From contig NC_087436.1 in assembly GCF_036321535.1 (NCBI RefSeq), forward strand, positions 92,196,001-92,260,000: 64,000 nucleotides of DNA, given 5' to 3'. A model generated the notes under the pieces. That model saw only the letters and a program-made list of their open reading frames with translations, had not been told where the DNA came from and ran no database searches. Of this stretch, positions 37,531 through 50,563 are shown piece by piece. The translations under genes and the position numbers were made by a program. This DNA comes from Camelus dromedarius. Its lineage: Eukaryota. Within the stretch, counting starts at the first letter, position 1; each line of letters begins with the position of its first letter.

Positions 37531-39180
37531 ATAATCAATAGCACTAATTTACCCCCAGCAATAACCAACTAGAAAATCTAACAATACCAAAAAAAAAAAA
37601 AAAGAAAAAACTATAAAGTATCTAGAAATTAACTTAACCAAGAACACACAGTATGAGCACACAACAATACACTCTACGGAGAAAACATAAAAACTCTAAT
37701 GAAGGTCATACTAAATTATTTATAAAATAAAATAGACATATTCTCTTGGATGAGGTGACAACATTACAAAGATACTCACTCTATCTAATTATTCTGTAAA
37801 CTCAATATAATACCAATCACATTTCTGGTTGGATTTTTAAAGAATTAAATATATTTATTCTATTATTTAATAGGATGCCAAACCTTAAAAAGATGAAAAT
37901 AAAGGGACAAGCTGCCAGATATGAATACATACTTTTAAATAATAATGATAAAAAAATTAAGATATCGTCACAAGAACAGTCATACTGAACAATGGAACAC
38001 AGTAGACATCTCAGGGACAAACCATGTATATGGGCCACTTTTATATAAGATATAAAAGCACCACTAATTCATGGGGAAACAATGAATTATTTAGGAAAAT
38101 GGTTTGGGAAAAGTGAATCCCTACTTAACCTTATATACCAAAGCAGACTATGGAAGAAGTAAATATCTAAAGATGAAGAATAAAACTAGAAGGTAGGTAG
38201 AATAAAATGTGGAGTAGCTACAGATCTGAGGAGAGGGAAGGATTGCTTAAACAAAACTTTGAAAGCACGGACAGAAAGAGTGACTAAGTTATTCACATAA
38301 AAATGAAGAATTTCTGGTCAATAAAAGATACTATGGATAAAGTTAATATATAGCTGGCAGAATGGGAGAAGATATTTGTAAAGTGTAAAGTCAACTAGGG
38401 ATTAATGTTTAGAATACACCAGAAACACTTACAAATCTATAGTGACTGACAACAACCCAAATAGAAAAATGAGTCAGAAACATGACTATCCAGTACATAG
38501 AAGAAGACCCAAGATGCTGACAAATCGATGACAGATCAAAACAACTGGTAATTACAGAAATGCAAATTAAGTCATTGGAGACTGGCAAAAATTGGAAAGC
38601 TGAATAATGTTAGCCATTGGCAGAGATGCTGACAGATAGAAACCTTTGACTTTTGCTGGTGAAAATACAGACTGGCTGCAGACCTTCTGAAGAGCAACTT
38701 GGCACTAGTCAAAATAAATATATGTCCCATATGACCAGAAATACCGCACCTGGGTGTACGTCCAAAAGAAATTCTCACAAGGTCCCTGAGGACATGGACA
38801 GAGTTATTCATCACAGCCCGAGCAATGATGCCAGAGTCTCCCATAAATGATGGCAGTTTCCCATAGGCCATGTGACCGACCAACAGGATGGGCAGCTGGG
38901 CTTGAGCTATCTACTGGCAGAACCCCACTCCAGAGCTCAGCTCACCTGCGAAAGAATCCAACCAATAAGAGGCTGAAATATGGCTTATTTTGGCCAGAGT
39001 CAAAGGGGAGTGGAAGGAGAAGGACCAGACTGGACCTCACATATGAGGGCAAAGTGCAGTGTCATCCCCCAAAGTCTCCTCTGAAACTTACACGTGTGTC
39101 CCATGAGGGGTCAGTATTTGGTGACTCATCATGGAGAGAGCATTGATTATAAGCTACTGTTAGTCAGAAAAGCAGCAAAA

Positions 39181-39290
39181 CGAATATATGCATATTTATG
39201 TATGACTGAAACATTACGCTGTACACCAGAAATTGATACATTGTAAACCGACTATACTTAAATTTTTTTGAAAAGTCAAAAAAAAAAAAA
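39181..39290 (+). mobile_element. About 110-bp L1 tail insertion with poly(A) and TSD
   Basis: 'gtatgactgaaacattacgctgtacaccagaaattgatacattgtaaaccgactatactt' plus A-tail; TSD aaaagcagcaaaa / aaaatcagcaaaa (39168-39180 / 39291-39303). Confidence 0.88.
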
Positions 39291-39549
39291 AAAATCAGCA
39301 AAAGAACTGACTGATTAAAGTAGGAGATAATTATCTCTTTTTTGTCTTCCTCCTTCTACGTTAATAAAACGGAGAAACTGAACTTCAAAGAGAGTTTGGA
39401 GAGGAGGTTCCTCAGAGCTCATCATATCCAGTAACCTTGAAGCAACCAGAGCCAAGATCAGGCCCCTCCTAGGGAGGGGAGAAAATGAGGCAGTTGAAAG
39501 AGTCTTTATAACGCTTTTCATCTTTATAGTGTCCTTTCTCTACGGACCC

Positions 39550-39888
39550 TGCTATGGTCTGAATATTGTGTCCCCATCCCCCAAAACTGATGTGTTGAAA
39601 TCCTAACCCTACGGGTAACGTGTTAAGAGGTGGGATCTTTGGGAGATAATTAAGTCATGGAGGCAGCGGCCTCATTAATAGGATTAGTGCCTTTAGTAAA
39701 GAGGACCCAGAGAACTTGCTTGTCCCTTCCACCATGTGAGGTTACAAGAAGCAGTCTGACCTTCACCCAACCATGTTGACACCCTGAACTCAGACTTCCA
39801 GTCTCCAGAATCATCAGAAATAAATTTCTGTCGTTTATAAGCTACCATCTAATCTAATTTGTGATAGCAGCTGAAACACACTGAGACA
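39550..39888 (+). mobile_element. MLT1A/MLT1A0 MaLR solo LTR
   Basis: tgctatggtctgaat...gagaca; perfect 5-bp TSD gaccc (39545-39549 / 39889-39893); AATAAA near 39818. Confidence 0.92.
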
Positions 39889-42800
39889 GACCCCAAAGGA
39901 AAAGGGAAATCAGGGCCAAAATGTGGCTGAAGCTGGCTCAGCAAGATGCAAGAAGTAGGAATTCATTTAATTTTTCTTTATTTATATCCCATGTAATTAC
40001 AAAAATCATTTAAGCGGAACAGAAACTATTTAATGTTGTTCTTCTGCTCAGCATTTCAAATGACAGTCCCCATCCTGCAACCTGAGAATCAAACGGCACC
40101 ATGTAGAGAGTACCAACCTGTGTCCAATCATAGCAGCTCCTGAAAGATGGGATGAAAACGTTTTATCAGACCACAGTGTACAAGTCTGCCTCCTATCATA
40201 GCTGGACCACAGATCTGTGAAAGGACCAGGACGAAGAAAATGACAAGCAAGACTATAATGTCCTCAAGTGTCTTCCCCTTGCAGGCCCTGGAGGACACGA
40301 TTATTGAGCTCCAGAGCTTGAAACAGAAATTGATGGTCTTAAAATGATAGAGAAAATAAGGGAGTTAAATAAGGGAAAAAAACTTATAAAAAATAAAAGC
40401 AATTAAAGAATGGAAATTGTTCATTTTCCTCATCTATATCTGTGTGCTCAAAGACAAAATGAGTTGTCATCAAAAAGGATCAGTCTTACTTCTTCAGAAA
40501 AATACTTCGTGTTTCACAAAAGCCAGGAGTTACTGCTTTCAAGTCTCAAAAGTCCTTTTAACAACTAGACTGCAACAAAATTGAGCATAACATGCATATT
40601 TAACACTAATTTGTTCTTGATTATATTAGAGCCAGTATGGGTTGTCAAACCACTTGGTTTGAGAACTGATATCAAAATATCACTTTCTACTCCCTTGATT
40701 GTGTGTCAGATGTTCGAGCTTTAGATGCCCTTGGGAGTTGGTTATTATTGTAGTTATTATTACTGAACGCAATAGAGTATCCTAACATCTTCAAATACTA
40801 AGTTTTGCCATGAAATAAGACAAGCACATGAAATGTGAAGATTTGGGTTTGAATTAAATAAAGTAGATAGAGAAGTAAAGAAAAGGTGTCCCAGATATAA
40901 ACAGTTAATAGTTCACAAACTCACGGTATGGCTGCTTCTCCTGTGAACAACTAAGATTTGACAATATAACCATAAATATCAGGTCAGTTCACTCCTTTTG
41001 CCTTCAACAGGATCCCCACATCATGAAGGAAAATTTTCTTGTTAAAGCTAAAGTCCTCAAAAGCAGGACTGGGTATAAAATTCTCTTCCACTTCTGAGTA
41101 TTACTAAGGAACTGGGTTGTCTATTTATTATACTTGCTCAGTTTTATATTAGGAAAAGAAAATGACATTTAAGAAATTCATTGAGTTCAGGTCAAAAGCT
41201 ATCTCACATTTGGTGTTTTTGAGGGTCTAAATATAAATAAAAATGTCAAAGCATGTTTCTGAATTTTTATGACTATAATTATACACATATTTAATAACCC
41301 CATTAGGCAGGATGCTTTAGAAAACATTGAAGACTTAGATTATTATGATTAGCATAATAATTAGGTCTTCATCAGGAAAAATATGAATAATTCATTCTAA
41401 TTAAGTAACTGATATAACAGTAAATCAACCATTAGTGCCAAAGGCTCGGAAGTTATGGACTGCAGTAAATCGCCAGTAGAACTAACTTCTGAGTACAAGA
41501 TAACAAATTAAAATGTTATTAAGTATTTGTTCCATTACTAAAAAAAATTTTTCTTGGACTTCGCATGTTTGTCGGTGTTTCCCTAGGTGTGGGAAACACT
41601 TGTTTGCTGCATAATTTGAAAAATACAAGTGTTAGCTATGCGGTATGAGAGGAAAGTGTGCCTCTCTTCTAGATGATAAATGTCACCGATGTGCTGCTTT
41701 CCTCCTGGGTACACCAAGTGACAAGCTTCTAGAATTAAGTGTAGGAATATGCATTATTCAGGGAAGAAACAGCCCATGGAGAAAACAGGTCGCTGAAACT
41801 AACTACCCCAGTCCATTAATGCTGGCGTAAATGATTCTGAAAAAGAACAAGATTCTGTCCCCACATCTGTTTGCCACCGTGTAAAATGAATGCCAACCCT
41901 CACAGGGAAAGCAGAGCCAACTTGTAAAGCCCACTGAGCTCCTGGGACTCAGAACAATCTAGCAGGAAATATTCTGCTGCTGCTTTTGGTTCAGCCAGAA
42001 GGAAAACAGCCCAAGAGTTATCATCACTTTTTGGAAGACAGATAAAGATCAATTTAAAGATTTTTATAAATGATCAATATTAAGATACAGGGACCCCTAA
42101 TACGTGAAGCTCTAGCTAACTTACAGAAGTATTAATTTAAATTTTAGGATACAATGCCCTTTAAATCAAAGCATCCTTCTATTTTTTTCTTATAATCTGT
42201 AAGGTTATAACTGGTCAAGAAGACTCCAGAGTTTTGAAAGCCTAAATAAAGCCTTCTTTTAATGTAGGAGTAACTAAAAATAAAGCATTAGGGAATATGC
42301 AAAAGCTCAACTGAACACAGGAACTTGGGGATTGTTTTCTGTGCTAAGCAGAGGACACGCTGGATGAATAAGCATTTTGCTCCAATACAAACTGCCTGAC
42401 CCATCCCCCAATTGGCCATAGCCCTGACCTCAGAAATGCCACTGCTGCAATACTGAACGGGCTTTAGAGTGGCAATGATCACTGACAAGCAACCCAACAG
42501 GTGGCACATCAGCCAAGAAACACTGCACCTGGACATCTGCATCCCACCATTCTTCAGGATGGTCAGGCCACCACCCTGGGAGCCACTCCTCACTCCTGGC
42601 CTGCCTGTACCAGGAATTCTATCTGCAAACATCTTTCCATGCTATCCACAGTCACAGTTGTCATCGGCACTACTTACATTCACGACTCATCATCTCTTAG
42701 TTGTTGTAATAGTTTCTTACTGGCTTTTGTGCCCACCTGCATGCCCCGCTCCAACACAAATCTGGCCACAGCAGTCCATTACTTAAAAATACCTCAGCTA

Positions 42801-43574
42801 TTCCCAATTTCTTTGCTTACAGTTGGTGTCTTCCAACTATTCCAGCACCTGCCTTACGAACCCTATAGCTGACTATAGTTCTTGCAGATCTTAGATCACA
42901 TCATGCTCTCATCTCCCAGTCTATACAGATATATCCTGGGTTCAGTCAAATTGAAGCTTTCGCCCCTGTAGCTACCACGTCAAAGCTGGATAGCATTTGA
43001 TTGTAAATTCATACTTAAACAGAAGCCCCGAGATTCCTTGGTACCAAGTCTGGTCCTGTTTACCCCTTCTTCTAATTTCCTGTTATCTACAACAACCCTG
43101 AATTCTGTCCCTCTCCATGAAGGTAAGGGAGCTTCCTCCACCCGTGCCAGCCCAGAACCCAAGCTAGTGCAGGAGGAGATGACTTAGCACTAAGAGCAGA
43201 ACAGAAAGCAATTTTTCTGAAATCAGCAGCTAGGTCCTTCAAAAGTTACAATGGACCATTATCCTGAAGAAAATGCCCAATATTTTTTATTACTTTACTC
43301 AAAAACAAAATTAAGAACCCATAGTGACTTCCATTCCTTACATTTTTATAACTTCTCAGGGCATTGGGAACAGATTTTTCCCTAGCTTATTATCCATAAA
43401 TATCCATAAAAGAGGAAGCTAGAATAATTTTCCCCAAGAAAAGGAATTTTTGTACAAATGACTTCAAATACTGAATAACTCACTTTCTGTGCTAGAGTGA
43501 TTTAAGTGATCAATTTCCCAGAAGAAGCCCAGCAACACTGGCCTAGCCTGTTCAAAAGGAAGCATCAGTATTAA

Positions 43575-43850
43575 GAATTGATGTTAATTTGTGTGTGTGG
43601 TAAAAGATACCACTAATCAAAAAGAGTCTTTATGCATTGAAGATAACTAAAGTGTTTACAGATGAAATTACACATGCCTGGGATTTGCTTTAAAATATGC
43701 AATGGGAGTGGGGATAAACATAAATGAAATAAGATCAGCCATGAGTTTGATTATTCTTAAGCTAAGTGATTAATACATAAGAGTTAATTATACAATTCTC
43801 TCTTTTTTGCGTAAGTTTTTAAAATCCTATAACAAAAACTTTTTTTAACT
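43575..43850 (+). mobile_element. Ancient L1ME-type 3' end
   Basis: 'gtgtttacagatgaaatt...ctgggatttgctttaaaata...atgaaataagatcagccatgagtttga'. Confidence 0.7.
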
Positions 43851-44019
43851 TTAAAAAAAACCTTTTTTTTTCTTTTTTTAAAGAAAAAAATGCCTGTTCT
43901 AGCCTGTTGATCCCATTTGTTCCTATAAAAGGAGAAAAACACCGGAAGGAATGCCAAGAGTGTTTCAGGCCTCCCTTGGGAGATTTTTCTGAGGGTTTCC
44001 ATTAACACAACCCTGCTCT

Positions 44020-44290
44020 CTCTACTTGAAATCATCACGTCTCTCATCCCCCACCTTCCCTAACTCCTGTTTATTCTTCAAGGCTTGGTCTAGGTATGCC
44101 CCTCTTGGAAAGCCTTCTCTTAAAGTCTTCCTCCTTCCCTATTATGTGTTCTCATAGCCCCCATGTTTCTTTCACTGGAGCTCTTATTACACTAAATTGT
44201 ACATATTTGTTTACTTGTCTGTCTCCTCCACTAGAATCTACAACAGAATCCAAGCTTTTTGAAAACAGGAAACACACTTTATTTGTGTTA
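44020..44290 (+). mobile_element. L2 3' fragment
   Basis: 'tattcttcaaggc...cctcttggaaagccttct...tttgtttacttgtctgtctcctccactaga'. Confidence 0.7.
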
Positions 44291-44569
44291 CAAAAGGATC
44301 TTAAAATACTCTATTTGCTTTATCTTCATACCATGACTTTCTGACTGTTCTCTAAATTTAATCTGCTATCTGATCCTCTTTCTTACTTTGAGCATCTTTT
44401 ACATAGTGGAAAGGCCAGGAACAAAAAATTTTATTTCAAATCCAGCAAGTCCTTAATCTTTTATGTTTCCTCTAAGGTATTGCTGAAAACAACTATTTCT
44501 TTTTTGACTTGCCTCTCTGTATTTGTATTGTAGAACAAGCAATGAGATGAAGTAAGGTGGCATTGTCAG

Positions 44570-45486
44570 GGTTCTGCCTAGATACCTTTTTAGCTGGACC
44601 ACTGGATTCATCAGTTATATTTTCTATTTTCCATATTACTACAGGGTATAATGCTGATAAACTTTCTTCTATTATATAACAAGGGTCTCTTTTCTCCCAG
44701 TGTCCAATAACATTTCCTCTCTCCTTGAATCGCTCAATAGGCTACTTGAGGTCCCTTAAGCAACTGCCAACATGTTCCTCATGGCCTTTATGATTTTATT
44801 AACATCCCCCCAAGACTACCCACCATTAAGTCTATGTGTTTCACTGTTTTTTTATGGCAGTGCCCCATTTCCAAATGCCAAAATCTGTTCTTGTTATCTA
44901 GTACTTCATAACAACACACCCTAAAACTTAGTGGCTTAAACAACAATCATTTTCTAACACCTCATGATTTCATTGAGTTGGGAATTTGAGAAAGGCTTGG
45001 CTGGGCAGTTCTGTTTCGAGATCTCTTGGGCAGCTGCAGTCAGAAGATGTCTGGAGCTGAAACAGCAAGAGGACGGAGCATGTGGGAACTGTCCAGCCAT
45101 CTCTCTCCTCTGTGGTCTCAGAGCCTCTCCGTGGGGTGTCTATGCATGGGATACTTTGGGCTTCCTCACGGCATCATGGTCTCAGAGCAGTCAGACTGTT
45201 TACCTGGTGGCTGAGGGGCTCTAAGATCAAGTATCCTAGAAGAAGAGGTGAAGGTCGCATGACCTCTTATGACCTTCCTCAGAGGTCACATTACTTGTGT
45301 TACTCCCTTGTATTCCATTGGTTAAAACGGTCACAAAAGGCCACCCCGTTTTAAGGGGAGGAGAGGTAAAGCCCATCTTTTAATGCAAACAGTGTCACAA
45401 TTAGATTATTAAAAAAAACAACAACAAAATCCCTGTGGGATAGGAAGTACCGTGGTAGCCATCTTTGGAAAGCACAACCTGCCACC
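44570..45486 (-). mobile_element. MLT1 (F/G/H-like) LTR (44886-45486) plus adjacent MaLR internal segment
   Basis: 'ccctaaaacttagtggcttaaacaacaatcatt...gccatctttggaaagcacaacctgccac'; 'ttatggcagtgccccatttccaaatgccaaaatc' is the antisense of the MaLR-int 5' start. Confidence 0.8.
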
Positions 45487-47399
45487 CTCCGTTGTTTATA
45501 TGTAAATATATTCCATAAAAGTTGTTGTAATGATTAAATAAACTAACATAATAAGAATCCTTAGCATCCAATAGGTACTTAACAGCATCTGTTACCTTCC
45601 CTGCCCCTACCAAGAAATGACTCAATACAATCTACCTTCAGTGGATTTGAATAGCACTTTTTTTTAAAGTTAAAGAAAGTTCAGTGTGGCCAAGTATCAG
45701 TCTCTTTCCTCCCACACGTGCCCGTTCCTTTCATATGTCTCGGAGGATAATTAGAACTCTTCTTACACAAGGAGTGGTTATTTTTCAGACTAGGCCAATA
45801 GTGGTAAATTCACTCCCTTTCTTGGTGTTTAGTGTAAGAAGCAGCAAGTAGACAGCAGCTCTAGCCTTTCAGTTCTGAGAGGGAAAAACAGGGGTTGGGG
45901 GAGATTCTGGGAAATTCTCCTCACTCATACCAAGGCTCGGGGATCTACTCCTGGACAAGCTCCCCCACCTTCCGCCGGCTCGTGTGACTGCCCTGCTGCT
46001 TCGCTGGGGACTCGCTCTCTTCCCTTAGACTCTGCATTTTCCCAGTCCGGTTTACTGAGATTCTGTCTTAGGTATGAGCATGGTAACCATGAGGGGACAG
46101 AGGGATAGATCTGGAGGAGAGCAAGCATTGTTTTTAAGGCACTTGCCTCATCTGAAGTCTTACATAGTCTTCAAGGAAGAAGGAGGGCCTCTAACTTCCA
46201 ATAAGGAAAAGCAGGTCGTTTCCACAAGTCCTGAGGATGCAGAGCGTTCAGGGGGTCTAGGCGTCCAAGTAGGACAATCTGAATATTCCATACATATGAG
46301 CCTTCTCATATACACACAGTTTAACAAAAAGAATGACTCTATATAAATTCCCAAGCAGATGCTATAAAGAGATGATATAAATGCGCATATAATGTATGTG
46401 GCATATATGATATACATGAAAAGTATACAAAAATATCCCATGATATGTATGTATGTATATAAAAGCATACAAAAGTGTATGGAAGGAGACAAACCACAAA
46501 TAATTCTTTCCTATTGTAAGGGACATGAAAGTAGCTTTCACTTCTATACCGTTGTATTGTTTGAATTTTTTTCCTGGACCTTCATTAATGAGAGTTGATG
46601 AAAGTTAAATTACATCCTCAGCTCACAGCAGAGCATCCTCATTTGTCCTAGTAACGCTTTCTCTTATTTGTATTACTGACTCATGTCTTCACTTATTTAT
46701 TTTTACCCCGCTCTTAGTTCTCTCCCTGTGCTCCGCTGGCAACTCTTACAACATGCTTACACTAACACGATGGGCTGAATCATCGATCAGACTCACAAAA
46801 CTCAAGCCTCAGCTGGCACCAAGCTTTACTAATGACCAGTCAAGTTTACAAAAAGCAAGCCCCACCTTCCCTTTTTCACACTGGGTTGCATTTTGGGTTC
46901 AGAGCAACAGGCACTCTGGACAATACGAAAGGGCACAAGGAAGCACCTTGGATCAGCGCTTCTCTCAGCCTTCGTGCTCTCTAGTCATGCAGTAAAAGGG
47001 TCTATGTGGCTAACTTCCACCATTCAACTCAGCTACAGCTTTGTAAGGGATATAGGAAGCTGTGTCCTGATATTTAATCCAGAGCATTATTCTTGGGCCA
47101 TATGGAACAAATATTCTGAGCTGTATTAAATACCACCACCTCCAAAATGAATACACTCAGACTATATACCCTGATCAGGGCATGAAGACACCTGCATCCC
47201 CACATTCCTGACAACATTTGCCATCACCCACCCGACTAGGGGTAATCATTACAATGAGGATGTCTCATTTTGTTTGGGACCCTCTAATTACCAGTTATTG
47301 TATTTTGATATGTACTTGTTACCTTTTGGAATTTCTTCATCTCTAAATTGTGTATTCACGTCATTTGTGCCTTTTCCAAATGGTAGCTTAAATGGCACA

Positions 47400-47650
47400 T
47401 TCCCAGCTCACTTCCTCTTAACCGGATCCAAAATTTGTCCATGGACACACTCGAATACCATGAGACAAATAGGGAAGTATAATCAAGTGGTAGTCAGAGT
47501 GGCAAGAACTAGTGGTCCTCAGAGTAAAAATAACTTACTCATGCAAATTTTACTAAAACATTTAAAAATGTGAATATCTTGTGAATATCTCAAAGCAAGT
47601 AAGGAGCCCTGAAGCCTAAGCTTTGTTTGCACCACAGTAAATCCACCTGA
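47400..47650 (+). mobile_element. MER115/Zaphod-like hAT-Tip100 terminal fragment
   Basis: 'gcaaattttactaaaacat...gcaagtaaggagccctgaagcctaagcttt...gtaaatccacctg'. Confidence 0.6.
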
Positions 47651-48203
47651 GGTCCCATGTATATATGGGTCCAAGCTGAGCCCTCCATTTGTTTCCATCG
47701 ATCTATTGGTCTTCCACCACACGAGGGCAACACTAGGTTTATTACCATGTCTTTGCAGTTGCTTGAATTTTATCTATAAGCATGTATTAATTTATTCTAT
47801 AATTTTTAAATATCACTGAAGATTTCCTATAATCCTAAATAACCCTTCATATTTTAGTCTTAATTCAAATTTTATGTACCCCCATCACCTACCACTTATC
47901 CCCTCACAGTGGCTAGTGGACTCCTGTGACCAACAGAACCTCCCACCTTCAGTAGACGTCACTCATCTCCACGTTCCTGGGGACACTCTTCCCTGTAGTT
48001 TTCATTACTTTTATCAATGGTAGGATCTAGCTAATAAGCCACTGCTCGGAAAAACTCGGTCTACCCCCTTTCAGATTAATGAATTAATTCACGCATTTGT
48101 TTATTCAGTAAATAGTTCTAAAATGCCTAAACTGTGTTTAAATGTTATGAATTCAACAAGAACAAAGAGCATATGTTAACCCTCATGGAGTTTAATTCTT
48201 ACT

Positions 48204-48480
48204 ACAAAACAGAAAGGGACTCACAGACAGAGAGAACAAACTTATGATTGCCAGGGAGTAAAGGGGTTGGGAAGGGATAGATTGGGAATCCAAAAACTGC
48301 ACCTCTTGGGGAGTGATGGAAATGTTAGCTATCTTGATTGTGGTGGTGGTTTCACTGGTGTATACGTCTATCAAAATTCATCAAATTGTACACTTGAAAT
48401 GTGTGTAGTTTACTGTGCAGGAACCATACCACAGTAAAAGTGCTAAAAAATAAAATTAAATAAACAAATACATTTTTTAA
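48204..48480 (+). mobile_element. Composite L1 3' insertion (young-type segment plus old L1M-type tail)
   Basis: See findings; bounded by aattcttact / aatccttact. Confidence 0.75.
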
Positions 48481-49169
48481 AATCCTTACTGTAAATGATT
48501 TCCTTTACCAAGAAGAAAGAAGAGTATATGGAAGATACGTAGGCACTTTCTTCCTTCCTCTTACAATGTAAAGATTTTAATAATAACATGCCTCTTTCTG
48601 ATATCCATTACTGTACATTTCCAGACACTGCAATGCATCAGTGGTGGCTTCTGCAAAAACAAAGACTTCATGTTTGTTCTCTTTTCCATAGGTCAGCTCA
48701 CCACTCTACACCGCTACAGCCACGTACATCTAAGTCCCAACGGTCCACACAGTGTGGAGTGCTCTTTTTAATGCCCCCAGTAAGTGCAGTGCTCACTTAG
48801 ATATCATCTTATTGGACTATAATTCTTTCCCACTGTGTTCATGTTTCTTTCCCTTGCTGCACTATGAAGAGACATAACTTCATAAGCCATTCTCCTACTA
48901 AGGATGAATGTATCCTAAGGAAATGGAGCAAGGACTTTCACAGTAAAGATGAAACGAGTCCATTTTTCTTTTGAACCCACGGTGGCAGTGGTGGTGGTGG
49001 TGGTTTCCCTAATGTAGAATTCACGACAGCACTTATTCACAGATAAATTTAAGCATGTCAAGTTTGGTAGATTCTTTCCAGAGACTAGCTTATCTCTCCA
49101 GCCTTATTGTCTGCCTCTCCCGCACTGTAATTTGCATCTTGGCAAAGTTCCCAAAACAGAAGGTGCTGT

Positions 49170-49510
49170 TTCAGACATCAGCATGTTCAGTTTCACTGTG
49201 ACTTCTACCTGGGATGTGTTTCCCGCATTCATTTCTTCATCCACCTCCAACTCCTCATTCAAAACATAGTCCCAGGGGAAGTGATTCTTCTCCACTCACA
49301 TAACGCCCCTCTCCTGAGACCCATAACGCCCTGAGTACCCCGGTATCCTAATACATAAATTAGTCTGATGAAATGATCTATTTCGGTGCCTGTCCAGCCC
49401 ACCAGCCTACAAGTTCCTTGAGAGCACAAGACTGTATCATTCTCCTCTTTACATATCCAGCTACTACCACGGTCCTTGCCACAGAGCATGCAATCAATAA
49501 ATATTGAACA
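49170..49510 (+). mobile_element. L2 3' end
   Basis: 'cctacaagttccttgagagcacaagactgtatc...atatccagc...tgcaatcaataaatattgaa'. Confidence 0.75.
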
Positions 49511-50133
49511 GTGCTCAACTCAACTAAAAGAGCATTTTGGAACAGAACCTTGAGCTTATAAAATTATAATTACCCCCAGAATGAACCCTGTGGGTAAACA
49601 AAATAGCCAGCTTCTGACATAGGAACATTGAGGAGCTTTTTTTTTTTTTAAAAAAAACTTTGGTTAAAATCCTTTCTTATCTTTTAATTAAAAAATGTTA
49701 AATGCCATTTAGTATACTGAGCATGGAGCACATGCATAATTACTAATTCATTCCTTGATAAGACAACATTTTAGTGCATGCCTTAGCAAAGTGGCTTTTC
49801 AACTTTGCTTTTTGAGTTGGGCTGGGGATCATTTTGTGTTTATTTTTTGGTGCATATTTTAAGCTGTGACTTTTTTTCTCTAAATAAAGTATGAGTAGGA
49901 AAATTGATAAACGAAACCGATGAAAGTAAGTGAGCCAGCTGAGGACGGAAGGAGTGGTGAGGGAAACTGAGATAGTGCCTTAGCATCCCCTCTACTCCTT
50001 GAAGCTCATGGTGATAACCATCTGTAGGCAGCAAGCACCACCCTTGGGTGGAGCTCAAAGAACTAAGCTTGCTGTGCAGTGCCTTCCTGCCTTCCTCCCT
50101 CCTCACTGCACCAGCACTCATTTCTATTCTCCC

Positions 50134-50171
<38 letters not shown>

Positions 50172-50402
50172 TGAGGAGGGCTAGTGGATTCTGAAACTAC
50201 CAACTTCATCTGTATTCAGAAGCATCAAGTTTTTATCACTACAAGGATTCTGAGGTGACTCAAGAATGTTAAAGAGGTGGCAAGAAAACAGTAGCAGTGG
50301 AGGGCGTTCTGTCAGTGATATATAATTACCTGCCTCACATGCTTTATTATGCTTTACTGTCTGTATTATTATTTAGCATGTGTCGTATGAAAAGTGCTAG
50401 AG

Positions 50403-50563
50403 AGCAGCTTTACTCAATTTTTAATATATGCATTCGAAGCACCTGGGAGCTTGTTAAAATGAAGATTCTGACTCAGTAAGTCAGGAGTGAGGTCAGAGAT
50501 GCTAACAAGCTCCCAGGTGATGCTGCTGCTGCTGGCCCACCGACTGCACTTTGAGAGGCACTA
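50403..50563. mobile_element. MER5A-type MITE
   Basis: 'cacctgggagcttgttaaaatgaagattctgactcagtaagtc...taacaagctcccaggtgatgctg...cactttgag'. Confidence 0.85.

Larger units (their letters stand above)
36680..38900 (+). mobile_element. Ancient LINE-1 ORF2 remnant (L1M type), host of the U6 chimera
   Basis: Degraded ORF2 motifs: 'aatcatatcattatttaaatgatgcaaagagactttaataaa', 'aaaatcaatagca', 'aagtatctagaaattaacttaaccaag', 'gaatgggagaagatatttg', 'gaaatgcaaattaa'. Confidence 0.8.

Noticed and set aside
42494..42507. CTCF-like motif ccaacaggtggcac
   Set aside because: Mismatch at a conserved core position; a single motif without ChIP data is insufficient.
42288..42872. Three overlapping ORFs of 105-123 aa
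   Set aside because: No recognisable domain; the distal part resembles degraded L2 sequence; open frames are expected by chance in a GC-richer patch.
50440..50519. 17-bp inverted repeat cacctgggagcttgtta / taacaagctcccaggtg
   Set aside because: Intrinsic internal palindrome of the MER5A MITE, not a novel structure.
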